A stretch of 64,000 bases of DNA. It comes from Vitreimonas sp. (GTDB taxonomy: Bacteria > Patescibacteriota > Microgenomatia > UBA1400 > PJMF01). How positions within the stretch are numbered: the stretch's first letter is position 1; each line of letters begins with the position of its first letter. A program made the position numbers and the translations under genes. Below, piece by piece: positions 39,475-49,060 of the stretch. The notes under the pieces were generated by a model. That model saw only the letters and a program-made list of their open reading frames with translations, had not been told where the DNA came from and did not search any database. The stretch covers positions 391,269 through 455,268 of the forward strand of contig DASPLQ010000012.1 in the NCBI GenBank assembly GCA_035627515.1, in the 5' to 3' direction.

Positions 39475-41508
39475 CTAAGAACCCGGAGGTTGATAGCTGT
39501 CGATTGAGTAAGGATCAAGTGGTGAGCCAGTTGCGGCTGGAGCTTTAGTACTGATTGGGGCAGGTGAGGATGTTGCTGCAGTATTTGAGCCAAGCGAGGC
39601 GTTAGGTGTCGGAGCGGCACCACGCAAAGCCCCATTAACCGTGGCCGGAGCTGGACCGGCTGCAGCGGCCGTGCGTGCTAATTGTTGCGCCACGCCGGCT
39701 TGGCGTTTTTTGAGGAGCTCTTCAGGGTTGGTAGTGATGACTTGATGTTCTACGTCACTAGCCACCACGCGCAAAGCCACGTGATTTTGGCCAGCGAAGA
39801 AAATGCCTTCACCGACATCAGCTGACACCAGCAACTGTCGTTCACCTTCGGATAAGTAAAACGTTTCTGCGAGCATCGGAATCGCAGCTGTAGATTGTTT
39901 CATCAAAAATTGAATCGAGGCGTTAGTGACAATAGCTTTGCCGTAGTCGCTGTGCAAGAAGTCTTCCACGTCTTGGGTGATGGTGGTAATACCTAAATAG
40001 TATTTCCGCGCGCGCTTGGCCATGGAGTGGATGAAAGAAGCCGAATCAGGATGCTTCATGAAGTACCACGCCTCATCAATAATTAACAACCGCTTTTTAA
40101 GCGTTTTTTTGATGCGGGTCCAAATGAAGTCTAAAATGATAAACATCGCAATCGGCCGCAGTTCTTCTTCCATTTCTCGGACGGAGAAGACAGTGAACTG
40201 ATTTTTGATGTCGAAGTTTGAAGGTTGGTCAAAAATCCCTCGGAAAGAACCGGTGATGTATTTTTCTAACCGGACTGCAATGTCATTAGCTTCAGCATTT
40301 TCCATACCAATTAACGCTTTGTAGAGGTCTTCCATTAGCGGGGGTTGATTGGTTTGCGTAGCTGGATCAGGAGTAATCCCTTTGGCTTTATAAGCAGCCA
40401 CCAAGGCTCGGTCGAGCATAGCTTCTTGAGAAGACGTCATGTTGCCCAACATCACTTTTAATAATGAATGGAGGGAAATGATCTTTTGACCAAGTTCATT
40501 TTCACCTTCTTCATATAGATTGGATAAATCAAAGGGATTAATTTTTTTATCAGAGTTAAAGGTAAAGTTAATGTACTCACCACCAACTGATTTGGCTAAG
40601 TCTTCATACTCATGTTCGGGGTCGAGCGCAATCACATCGATGCCAAACATTAATTGACGGAGAATTTCTAGCTTCACGGTGTATGATTTTCCGGCACCAG
40701 ATTTGGCGAACACGACCATGTTGGCGTTTTCCATCTTGAAGCGGTCGAAGATGACCAACGAGTCGTTGTGTTCATTGATACCGTAGACAATGCCAGTTTC
40801 CATAGTTAACTCGGACGAAGTGAACGGAAAAGTAGTCGCCAACGAAGTGGTGTCCATGTTACGGGTGACGAGTAATTTATCAACGCCCATCGGCAAGGTG
40901 GTTTTGAAGCCTTCATCCATTTGTAGCGTGGCTTTTTTAGAGACGATTAATAGAGAACCTAAAGTGGATTGAAGATTTTTAGTAACACGATCGAGCTCAT
41001 TTTTATCTTGAGCTTGAATGGTGACGTACAAACCGAATTGATAAAAGCGCTCGGCGCCTTTAGCGAGTTGCTCACGAATTATGCGGGCGTCTTCTAACTT
41101 AACTTCAGTGTTAATATTACTGATTTTTCCGGCCCGGATGTCAGACTGGATTTCAGCTTCCATTTCAGTGATCTTGCGCTTTAAGTTATCCAACACCTCT
41201 TTAACGTCGACTGGAAAAATAAACATCGAGATGTTGAGTTGGTGAGGAAAGTTGATCAAGGGTGACAACCAGTTAGCGGGCACCGTCCGAGGATAACCAG
41301 CCACAAATAAGGTCCGGGTGTAGGTGGAGTTAATTTTCTGATAGGTGAAATCAACCTCAATTGCTTCTGGAGCAATAATATCCTGAATCGTGACTAGACC
41401 CCGCGAAAATTCTTTCAGCTTCTCAACTTCTTGAGCTTCGGCATCTTGTTGTGGATCAGGTTGAGTTTTCTTATTGAAAAACGGCAACGGCAAATTAAAA
41501 CTGGGCAT
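39475..41508 (-). CDS. virB4: VirB4-like secretion ATPase
   Basis: AKSGAGKS Walker A, DPEHEY, INPFD, IIDEAW Walker B, RARKY, ITQDVEDF, GEGIFF. Confidence 0.9.
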   Translation of the reverse strand: MPSFNLPLPFFNKKTQPDPQQDAEAQEVEKLKEFSRGLVTIQDIIAPEAIEVDFTYQKINSTYTRTLFVAGYPRTVPANWLSPLINFPHQLNISMFIFPVDVKEVLDNLKRKITEMEAEIQSDIRAGKISNINTEVKLEDARIIREQLAKGAERFYQFGLYVTIQAQDKNELDRVTKNLQSTLGSLLIVSKKATLQMDEGFKTTLPMGVDKLLVTRNMDTTSLATTFPFTSSELTMETGIVYGINEHNDSLVIFDRFKMENANMVVFAKSGAGKSYTVKLEILRQLMFGIDVIALDPEHEYEDLAKSVGGEYINFTFNSDKKINPFDLSNLYEEGENELGQKIISLHSLLKVMLGNMTSSQEAMLDRALVAAYKAKGITPDPATQTNQPPLMEDLYKALIGMENAEANDIAVRLEKYITGSFRGIFDQPSNFDIKNQFTVFSVREMEEELRPIAMFIILDFIWTRIKKTLKKRLLIIDEAWYFMKHPDSASFIHSMAKRARKYYLGITTITQDVEDFLHSDYGKAIVTNASIQFLMKQSTAAIPMLAETFYLSEGERQLLVSADVGEGIFFAGQNHVALRVVASDVEHQVITTNPEELLKKRQAGVAQQLARTAAAAGPAPATVNGALRGAAPTPNASLGSNTAATSSPAPISTKAPAATGSPLDPYSIDSYQPPGS

Positions 41509-41599
41509 TGCTCCTTATTGTACGGTACTTTAGGGAGGAAAAGAAAGGGGTGGTGGAGTAAGAAGGGTATATAATGCCGACAAATAAAAGGTGAAATAT

Positions 41600-41824
41600 A
41601 TGGCAGAAAATGAACGAGAATTAGGGAAAAATGATGAAGCAGAATCAAGGACAGTGGGGCTGTTAAATTGGGAAGAGTTAACTCATGAATCTATCCTCAA
41701 CTTTTTAAGGCTTCAAGGAGGGGTAGAACTGGAAAATCTGTTAGCTCGCCGAACTGTATCTGAAAGACTCCAGATTAATGAGCGGGTAGTGCGACAGGCA
41801 CTTGAAAATGGAAGAAAAAGGTAG
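41600..41824 (+). CDS. Small hypothetical protein, possible HTH
   Basis: TATAAT and AAGGTGA upstream; ARRTVSERLQINERVVRQAL resembles a helix-turn-helix. Confidence 0.55.
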   Translation: MAENERELGKNDEAESRTVGLLNWEELTHESILNFLRLQGGVELENLLARRTVSERLQINERVVRQALENGRKR

Positions 41825-41866
41825 GTTTAGCGGAAAGGTTTGTTGAAAACACAATTTTTTCTATGC

Positions 41867-41883
41867 TGTGCCAATATTAACAA
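41867..41883 (+). repeat. 17-bp intergenic motif, copy 2
   Basis: TGTGCCAATATTAACAA exact. Confidence 0.9.
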
Positions 41884-41987
41884 TTTTGAAACAATAAAAC
41901 AGACAATAATTGACAGCTTAAGAAAACAAGGCTTAGAGTTTTCATTGTTTTAAAGATGGTCTTCTTGTTGAGCACAGTTTTTCAGGC

Positions 41988-42016
41988 TTGTATGAATATT
42001 GGCAAAAATCATACAA
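41988..42016. repeat. 29-bp interrupted palindrome, copy 2 (inverted)
   Basis: TTGTATGAATATTGGCAAAAATCATACAA. The flank extending to about 42037 also resembles 25477-25497. Confidence 0.9.
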
Positions 42017-42068
42017 ACTACACAAAAACCACTTTTTGAAGAAGAAATGATGAATCACAAACAAAAAC

Positions 42069-43409
42069 CTACAACTCCGCAATCGGCGGTAAATTGCTGG
42101 TTGGCCCAGGTGGGGTGATATCAGTGATAGCTGTTTTGGGATCGGTAGGGTGAGCTGGTTCACCCGGTGGAGTAGAGGATGCTGGTGGTGTGGGAGGCGC
42201 CTCTGCAGCTGGTAATTCACTAATCGTACTGGGTCCGGCTGGAGTGGGAGTAGGAACCGCTGGATCTGGCGCCAATGGTTCAACACTGGCTACAGAAGCA
42301 GTGGGTTGAGGCATGGCAGGCAGAGTGGGGGAGACAGGAGCTTCAACCGACATAACAGTTGTAGGAGCTACCGGAGTGGATGTCATGGCGGGCTGAGTTG
42401 GCGCCGGGGCCTGAAACACAACTTGGTTTTGCACTGGGGTAGCTGGTGGAGCTAGAGGAGTAGGGGAGACCGCTGGAGCAGGGGCAATCACTTCTACCGG
42501 CTGAGCAACAGGAACTTCTGGAACTGGAGTTGGCGCTGTTTCGGTTACAGGCGTAGTGGGAGCTGGCTCAGGTTGAGGTGCCACTGGTTGAGCGACGGCT
42601 TGAGGTTGTTGATAAGCCATAGGATCAGTCGCCGCCGCTTCAGGAGCATACGCTGGTTGAGGCAGTGGTTCCGGGGCTGGCGTAGGAGCTGCGGCCGCTG
42701 TTTGTCCTGTCACCAAGTTTTGCAACTGCATCCGCGCTGAAACTACAGGGGTGGTGTAACTGCGCGTATCAGTGACTTGTTGACCATCTGAAGCTTCAGG
42801 ATTGTAACTTAAGTAGAACAGCTGAATGATATCTTGGGTAGTGAGTTGTTTGGCAAATAAGCCGATGCGACCAAGTTGCGCCATTAAGTGATCGCGCTTA
42901 GGCTCTAAAATGTTACGAGCCTTCTCGATAATCAAACTACGTTCCACGGTACTGACATCAGTTTTTTTGACACCTGGAATCACTGAAGAAGGTGGTAACA
43001 AACCCATTTCCAAAGCACTGGCGGGAATGACCACATAGAATTTTTTATCTAAGACATTACGTTCACGAATTAAATCCGAGACAAAAGCGCGATATTGAGC
43101 AATTTGTTGTTTGCGCAAAGGCGATCCTGCTTGATCCTCCTGGTCTTTGAGGAGTTGTAAATATGAGGTGATATCTTTAGTTTGGGACCGAACCACGATT
43201 TGAATGGGATAGTTCAAAGAGTTAATTAAACCGGCATAAGCGTAAATGACTGCATCTTGTTCTTCCTCAGCAAACAATCCAAAGTTGATGGCGCTGACGT
43301 TGAGAACGAGCGCCACTGCACCATCCTTCATGATCAATAAATCATTGGTTATATCGTAAATATCGAGAAATTGTTGGGTAGTGGAGTGAATTTGGGCAGG
43401 AGTAGGCAT
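42069..43409 (-). CDS. VirB4-N-terminal-like T4SS accessory protein with a Pro/Ala/Thr-rich tail
   Basis: STTQQFLDI..I...L.IMKDG, SAINFGL..EEEQDA.I..Y...INSL.YPIQI, KKFYVVIP; lies between prgI and virB4. Confidence 0.75.
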   Translation of the reverse strand: MPTPAQIHSTTQQFLDIYDITNDLLIMKDGAVALVLNVSAINFGLFAEEEQDAVIYAYAGLINSLNYPIQIVVRSQTKDITSYLQLLKDQEDQAGSPLRKQQIAQYRAFVSDLIRERNVLDKKFYVVIPASALEMGLLPPSSVIPGVKKTDVSTVERSLIIEKARNILEPKRDHLMAQLGRIGLFAKQLTTQDIIQLFYLSYNPEASDGQQVTDTRSYTTPVVSARMQLQNLVTGQTAAAAPTPAPEPLPQPAYAPEAAATDPMAYQQPQAVAQPVAPQPEPAPTTPVTETAPTPVPEVPVAQPVEVIAPAPAVSPTPLAPPATPVQNQVVFQAPAPTQPAMTSTPVAPTTVMSVEAPVSPTLPAMPQPTASVASVEPLAPDPAVPTPTPAGPSTISELPAAEAPPTPPASSTPPGEPAHPTDPKTAITDITPPGPTSNLPPIAEL

Positions 43410-43440
43410 GGTTTAAGTAACTGTGTAATGATATCAAATC

Positions 43441-44583
43441 TTAATTTAAACTCCTAATCTCTAATGGCTCGACCACGTTCCCACTTAAGACCAACTGCAG
43501 CGGCGTAAACTGCCAGCCGTCTTTATCGATCACCAGCGAGTACGTCCCGTTAGCCAACGGTGTCGTGATGAAAAATTGACCTAAGGCATTGGTTTTGACA
43601 GCCCGTGCGACCATTCCTGAAGCATCTTGAATTTCCACGATGGCATCATTGATTAAGTCATTTTTTGTCGAGAGCACCATGCCCACCAATTTATTTGGTT
43701 CGGTGGGTTTGAGAGGGAAGGGTAAGTTGGCATTCATAGCCGCCGCTTGAGTTTGGTTTAAGTTAAGCGCTTGCGTGGGGGCAGTGACAGTACTATAGAC
43801 TGCCTGACCCACGGTATGCACATACCCTTCTTGTGTCGCTTCTTCTTCAGCGATGCCTTTTTTAACATCGACGGTTTGCAGTTCAGGCACCTCGATGTTA
43901 TGGGCCACTTGATCTGTTTCTAAGACTTGTTTATTGACTGCTTCAGAGACGTGATGAGTTGCAGCCACTTCCATCGTGAAAACCGGTGTATAGGTAGCAT
44001 CGGTAGTGACAGCATCGAGTTGAGCTTCAGGCTCTTTCAAGCTGTGGGGCCGGACGACTAAAGAAGGACGATGAGCTTGTTGGACTGAATCAACTTGGGT
44101 GACGATGACTTCGCCAAAGCTGGCTAAAATGGCGGCCATGCGTTGGCGCTCATACGCTTCGTCGGGATCGACATAGCCCACCGATAACGAACCCAAATAC
44201 TCTTTGATGCGTTGGCGACGAGCGGGAGTCAAGTCGATTTCAACAGTATTATTGGTTTCACCTTGAGGTTTATATAAAAAAGGATCAGGAATTTTAGGAT
44301 CTTTGCGCCAAAAAAACTTGGTTGGTTTATAAAGGACACTGAAAAAAGTCACGATCCAGTGATCGAGAGGACGCTCCTCAAATGGCACAAAGGCAGCCAT
44401 CGCTCCCACAGCCACCGCCAAACCAATGAAGGGCCACTTGATTACATTTGGCAAATTGGTGGTGTGAATCATGAAACCCACCACACAGCCCGCTCCAACT
44501 TCGAGGAACTGTTTGAGGGTCATGTTACCGATAATATGAAACCGGTAACCAACCACGTCTTGAGGAATGGCGTGTTCACGCAT
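43441..44583 (-). CDS. prgI: PrgI-family protein with a C-terminal beta-sandwich (carboxypeptidase-regulatory-like) domain
   Basis: HAIPQDV..Y.F.IIGNMTLKQF plus 2 TM and RPLD.W; C-terminal AIVEIQD...ARAVKTNALGQF...L.NGTY. Confidence 0.82.
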   Translation of the reverse strand: MREHAIPQDVVGYRFHIIGNMTLKQFLEVGAGCVVGFMIHTTNLPNVIKWPFIGLAVAVGAMAAFVPFEERPLDHWIVTFFSVLYKPTKFFWRKDPKIPDPFLYKPQGETNNTVEIDLTPARRQRIKEYLGSLSVGYVDPDEAYERQRMAAILASFGEVIVTQVDSVQQAHRPSLVVRPHSLKEPEAQLDAVTTDATYTPVFTMEVAATHHVSEAVNKQVLETDQVAHNIEVPELQTVDVKKGIAEEEATQEGYVHTVGQAVYSTVTAPTQALNLNQTQAAAMNANLPFPLKPTEPNKLVGMVLSTKNDLINDAIVEIQDASGMVARAVKTNALGQFFITTPLANGTYSLVIDKDGWQFTPLQLVLSGNVVEPLEIRSLN

Positions 44584-44620
44584 ACTACTATGGTAGCAAA
44601 TTTCAGGCAGGAAAAGAAGT

Positions 44621-45628
44621 TTACAATGGTAAACCGGTGCGGACAGCTGGGGTTAAGACCTCAATCGTGAAACTGTCTTGAGTGGTGTTTTTGGCAGTGC
44701 CGGTAAAATGATAAAACGGATACGCCAAGTTACTCTTACTATCAGTTCTGTACTCCAAACTCACACTGGTCATTTCGCCATCGGCAACATCACGGATATC
44801 GAGTGGCAAAGCGGTGTCATCATAGGCAGCGATGATGGAGCCTTGGTTGCGGTTGGTTAAGTTTTCCAGGGCTTCATTAACGGAAATTAACTCCACATTT
44901 TGATTGGCACGAGTCAGTGAGTAACTAGGTGTGAATGTGGCGCTTTGGACTTGTTGCCGAGCATTGACTATTATTACCACTGGCGGATTAGCTTGATAAT
45001 TAAAGAATACCGGAATGTCCTCAAATACATAACTAAACGGCACCCGGGCCATTTGGGCTTGAGAGGAATCAACTTCTTCACTTTCCACCGCCGCTGCGTA
45101 ATAGGTGATTTGGTTTTCCAGCGCTTTCAGCTCGAGAGCGCTCAAATATTCATCTACGAAGCCCTGGGAAATATCTAAAGCTTCGGTTTTGGTAATAATA
45201 CCGGCGCTGTCGGTGGCGACCACGTCTTGAGTGAGGCTTAACTCACCAGTGTTTACGTCTTTGCTTAAACTATAGCGGTCGCCAACCCACAAACCTTTTG
45301 AACTTGGGTGGGGTTGGAGTTGGAAATCATTCACGATCTCGCTTTCGATCTCTGCGGTGGCAAACGGCGTAGCTGACAATAAGGGCAAAGTTGCCGGCTG
45401 AGTAAATGGCTCACCCACGTACCGAAAACCGGCAAAGTTAGTAGTGCTGCCGTCGGCATTGGCGGTAGTAAACTCAGTCGTGGGAACTTCGGAAATCGGA
45501 GGAGTCAATAACCGTAAGGTCAACGCAATGACGATGCCGACAAGCGCAAACGCCAGCAAATACCATAGCCAACGGCTACTGAACGGGTTCGGTGTAACAG
45601 GTTCGGACGGGATCGTAAAGTTTGACAT
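44621..45628 (-). CDS. Single-TM extracytoplasmic protein (YycH/YycI-like pattern)
   Basis: N-terminal TM; C-terminal 'SVSLEY...LAYPFYHFTG...PAV'. Confidence 0.65.
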   Translation of the reverse strand: MSNFTIPSEPVTPNPFSSRWLWYLLAFALVGIVIALTLRLLTPPISEVPTTEFTTANADGSTTNFAGFRYVGEPFTQPATLPLLSATPFATAEIESEIVNDFQLQPHPSSKGLWVGDRYSLSKDVNTGELSLTQDVVATDSAGIITKTEALDISQGFVDEYLSALELKALENQITYYAAAVESEEVDSSQAQMARVPFSYVFEDIPVFFNYQANPPVVIIVNARQQVQSATFTPSYSLTRANQNVELISVNEALENLTNRNQGSIIAAYDDTALPLDIRDVADGEMTSVSLEYRTDSKSNLAYPFYHFTGTAKNTTQDSFTIEVLTPAVRTGLPL

Positions 45629-48600
45629 CTTTATCAGGCACAAAGTTGCGAATGCGACTGCTGGAAGTATTATAGAACTGTCCGCTAGTATTAGAAACCT
45701 CGTAATGAAGGTGTGGTCCCGTAATCACAACCTTCGCTGAGCCACCGGTAGAACCAACTTCACCAATGGGATGTCCAGCGGGAATCTCTTTATCATTTGA
45801 TAAGCGCGAATCGATTTTACTTAAATGAGCAAACACGAATCGTTCACTACCGGTATCAAGCACGACATACTTGCCAAAAGAACCAAAACCACCCCCCAAA
45901 CTGTTAATCTTAACAGTTCCAGCAAACGGTGTATAAACAGGTACACCACGGTTGGCACCAATGTCAAAGGAGTCAGATTTGCCATGCGAGTGAGAGCCAA
46001 ACGGTAATTGCGTAATCCGACCATCAACTGGCCAGCAGCCGTTTTGATTTTGTGGACACTCACCAATACAAATCACCTCTGCGCCACTGGCATTCAAGTT
46101 CTCACCAGATTTGTTTTCTTCTCCTCGTTCTAACAGTTCCGGAGTAGCCTGAGCTGAGAATAAAATTTCTACTTTATTAGAAACGTTACTGTCTCTAAAT
46201 GCCGAGTCAAAGGTTTGAGAATACGGATTGAGCGTGATTTCTTCACCACTATTAAGAATAATTTCACCATCGACCAGCCGCTCAGCCGGCACGAGCTCGG
46301 CGGTAGTCCGGGTGGGAAGGGTCGGTGTGGGGTCAGAGCCGCGGGTCTCAGTGTTAAGTTTGACCGTCATTACGTCCACGACGTTGCGAATTTTTAAGTC
46401 ATAACCTTTGTTGGCTTTGATGGTAATCGAGTAATCTGCCGTGGCAGGCAGCTCAGCATTTTCGAATTTAATTTTTGGTGAGACGCGTTTTTCGATGGTC
46501 ACATAAGGAGAGAGTTCACCACTCGAATCAGTGGTTGGCAGAGGTTGCAAGGTGGTGGAAACAGTGGCGGCAGCAGTCATGAACGTAGTCACCCCAATGA
46601 TGCCAGCGCCCGCTACCGAAGCTCCCACTACACCAAAGCCACCCCCCCCGGCTGCAGCTCCAGCACCGCCACTACCCAAGATGCCCCCACCGCCACCTCC
46701 TGAAGCAGCACCGCTGCCAAAAGGGTTAGTCAGGATATTACCAGCGCCACCACCTCCCGTAAGAGAAGAGAAGGCGCCACTAATTGAATTTAAGCCATTT
46801 TGAATGAAGGAACCAATGCCGTAGCCGACTCCAGCTCCACCGATGGCACCACCTAGCGCGCCAAACGGACCTCCTACTGAACCTAAAAACGCCCCTACGC
46901 CAGCTCCCACCCCGGTGGTCAGCGCAATGATGGGTGATTTGTTCATCAACATCAAGAAGGCAGTAGTCAAACCTGTAGCACCTGCCGCCAGCCCCATCAG
47001 GATTTTTTCACGATTATTAAGGACCTTTTGGGCGATGCGCTCTACAGCGGCTCCTCCTACAGGAGTCATGTATGCCGAGGCCAATGTCCCCAGGGCTTTG
47101 GCAGCGACAGCGTCAGTAGCAGCGCGCAAACGATCATTGGCTGCCATGCCTTCTGGTTTACCACCCATTACGTATTGGCGAAGTTTGTCCACAGCACTGA
47201 GGCCTTTGGTGGCTGGGCCGCCCTCTCCGGCACCGGCAGCTCCTGGGCTTGTTTGGGCGCCACCTCCTAGAGTCCGGATGGTGTTCATTACCGAGTGCGG
47301 CACGAAGCCGTTGCCAGGGTTGCCACCCACTTGTTCGACTTCGACAGTGTTCAGGTGGAGCTCAGTAAAAATTTCATACCGGATTTCATAGGAAATCAGC
47401 AAATGAGCCGGAACTTCTTGACCACTTTTTTGTGCAGGGAGCGTATACGCATTGACTAGATCTTCAGCTGTGATGTGAGTTTGAAGTAACTTAGCTGGAG
47501 CCTGAGTCCGAGCTGCAGCTTGGTGAAACCACTGGGTGTGTTGCTGGGAGTCTTGAGTTTCGGCCGGAAAAATATGTTGAAACTGGGCTAAGCCCTTTTC
47601 ACCTTTAGGATCAAATTCTGCAAATAACTGTTGATAATACGTCGTTAGTTCTGGTCGGAGTTGGTCGAGCTCAGCTGGTTTAATCTCAAAGCCAAACAGC
47701 GTCTGAAAGTCTTTTGGTGACAAAAATTGAATCCAGTCATCAGAATGACCTGTAATCGCCAAGGCTTCTAATCGTGCTTTGGTGCTCCGTAGTTTACCTA
47801 AATCATTGGGATTGCCTGAAGCATCAAGCGTAATCAGGCCAGCTTCAGCCAGCTTTTGTTTCAGGTAAGAGGCTGATTTAGGTTCTTGGCCAATATTGGC
47901 TCCTACAGCCGGTGTCACTTCTGTGAACTGTGTTTGTGGTTGTGTAGTCTGGGGGAGTTGATAGCGAATGGCTACGTCGCTGACATTAAAGTAGGTATGC
48001 AGGTGTTGAAGTTCCCGCACCAGGCCGCTCATGTTGTTTTTGGTGAGCAATTTTTCCAGATCCGCTGGGTTAGTTTCTTGGAGACGACTCAAGTGGATAT
48101 CTACGTAGCCCGAGACTAAGCTCTCGAGGTCAGCCATCGGCATGGTGTTAATATCGAAGCCTTCATTGACCAGCTGCGCCTTCATGCTGGCCAGCAAGCC
48201 ATATTGGAGGGTCGTTTTGACGCGGGCTAGTTGTTTAGCGGCTTCTTCGGGAGCCATGGTGCCGGCTGCAATCTCGGCTGCAATTTCCGCAGCTCCCAGA
48301 GGTTTAGCAAGCTGGTTTTTGGTAATTTCTTCAGGTTTTTGTTCAGTCTGAGGTTCCTGGGTGGTTTTCGTCTCAGGTTTTTGGTCGTCATCGAGATCGT
48401 CCTCGGTCACCAGTTTCTCGTCGGCATCTTTTTCTTTTTGTGGTTGAGCTAATTTTTGCTCAGCCTCTACAAAGGCAGGGAGATTAGTAGCTAAAACCTG
48501 CAGCGCACTCGACAAACGCCCCAGATTAACGGGCGTCAAAAACGCGGCTTCATTAAAGCGTTCTGCAGATTGAGGATCTTGGCCCAAGCTCAAGAGTTCT

Positions 48601-49004
48601 TTTTCTGAAATGGATCCGAGGATTTGACTAGCTAATTGTTGGAGTTGGTGTTGCTTGCCAAACTGGTAGTTATATAAGCGCGAAATAAGGTCCGTGCAGA
48701 AAGCTGCCACGTCAGAGTAATACAGCGTCGTCCGATCAAAATTTGGACTGCGGCGACTGCGATGCGGTCGTTGAGGGAAAACTGAGCGTAACGTGCTGTT
48801 GCTATGGGTGTTGGCAAAGGGAACATTATGAAATTCTTTGTCAACATCTAAGCCAATGTCTTGGCGAAAAGCTTGGTTGAGTTCGGTTAAAAACGGCAGA
48901 ACTTGAGCCAAAGGAATATCGGAAGGAATTCGTTTGAGTTCGTCAAAACGCGTCAAAGTTTGAGCGTCCACGACAATTGGGGCAGGCATGACGGCGTCGA
49001 CCAT
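45576..49004 (-). CDS. Giant membrane-anchored M23 peptidase, 1142 aa
   Basis: C-terminal CWPVDGRITQ, HGKSDSFD, FAHLS, GEVGSTG, GPHLHYEV; Gly-rich hydrophobic middle. Confidence 0.85.
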   Translation of the reverse strand: MVDAVMPAPIVVDAQTLTRFDELKRIPSDIPLAQVLPFLTELNQAFRQDIGLDVDKEFHNVPFANTHSNSTLRSVFPQRPHRSRRSPNFDRTTLYYSDVAAFCTDLISRLYNYQFGKQHQLQQLASQILGSISEKELLSLGQDPQSAERFNEAAFLTPVNLGRLSSALQVLATNLPAFVEAEQKLAQPQKEKDADEKLVTEDDLDDDQKPETKTTQEPQTEQKPEEITKNQLAKPLGAAEIAAEIAAGTMAPEEAAKQLARVKTTLQYGLLASMKAQLVNEGFDINTMPMADLESLVSGYVDIHLSRLQETNPADLEKLLTKNNMSGLVRELQHLHTYFNVSDVAIRYQLPQTTQPQTQFTEVTPAVGANIGQEPKSASYLKQKLAEAGLITLDASGNPNDLGKLRSTKARLEALAITGHSDDWIQFLSPKDFQTLFGFEIKPAELDQLRPELTTYYQQLFAEFDPKGEKGLAQFQHIFPAETQDSQQHTQWFHQAAARTQAPAKLLQTHITAEDLVNAYTLPAQKSGQEVPAHLLISYEIRYEIFTELHLNTVEVEQVGGNPGNGFVPHSVMNTIRTLGGGAQTSPGAAGAGEGGPATKGLSAVDKLRQYVMGGKPEGMAANDRLRAATDAVAAKALGTLASAYMTPVGGAAVERIAQKVLNNREKILMGLAAGATGLTTAFLMLMNKSPIIALTTGVGAGVGAFLGSVGGPFGALGGAIGGAGVGYGIGSFIQNGLNSISGAFSSLTGGGGAGNILTNPFGSGAASGGGGGGILGSGGAGAAAGGGGFGVVGASVAGAGIIGVTTFMTAAATVSTTLQPLPTTDSSGELSPYVTIEKRVSPKIKFENAELPATADYSITIKANKGYDLKIRNVVDVMTVKLNTETRGSDPTPTLPTRTTAELVPAERLVDGEIILNSGEEITLNPYSQTFDSAFRDSNVSNKVEILFSAQATPELLERGEENKSGENLNASGAEVICIGECPQNQNGCWPVDGRITQLPFGSHSHGKSDSFDIGANRGVPVYTPFAGTVKINSLGGGFGSFGKYVVLDTGSERFVFAHLSKIDSRLSNDKEIPAGHPIGEVGSTGGSAKVVITGPHLHYEVSNTSGQFYNTSSSRIRNFVPDKDVKLYDPVRTCYTEPVQ

Positions 49005-49060
49005 AGCCTACTATTATAACTCGAAAAGAGAGGGGCGCGGTCGGCAGTTAGATTTGGGTA

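Noticed and set aside
47889-47900. GCCAATATTGGC palindrome resembling the repeated core
   Set aside because: It lies inside the M23 CDS and lacks the conserved flanks; likely chance.
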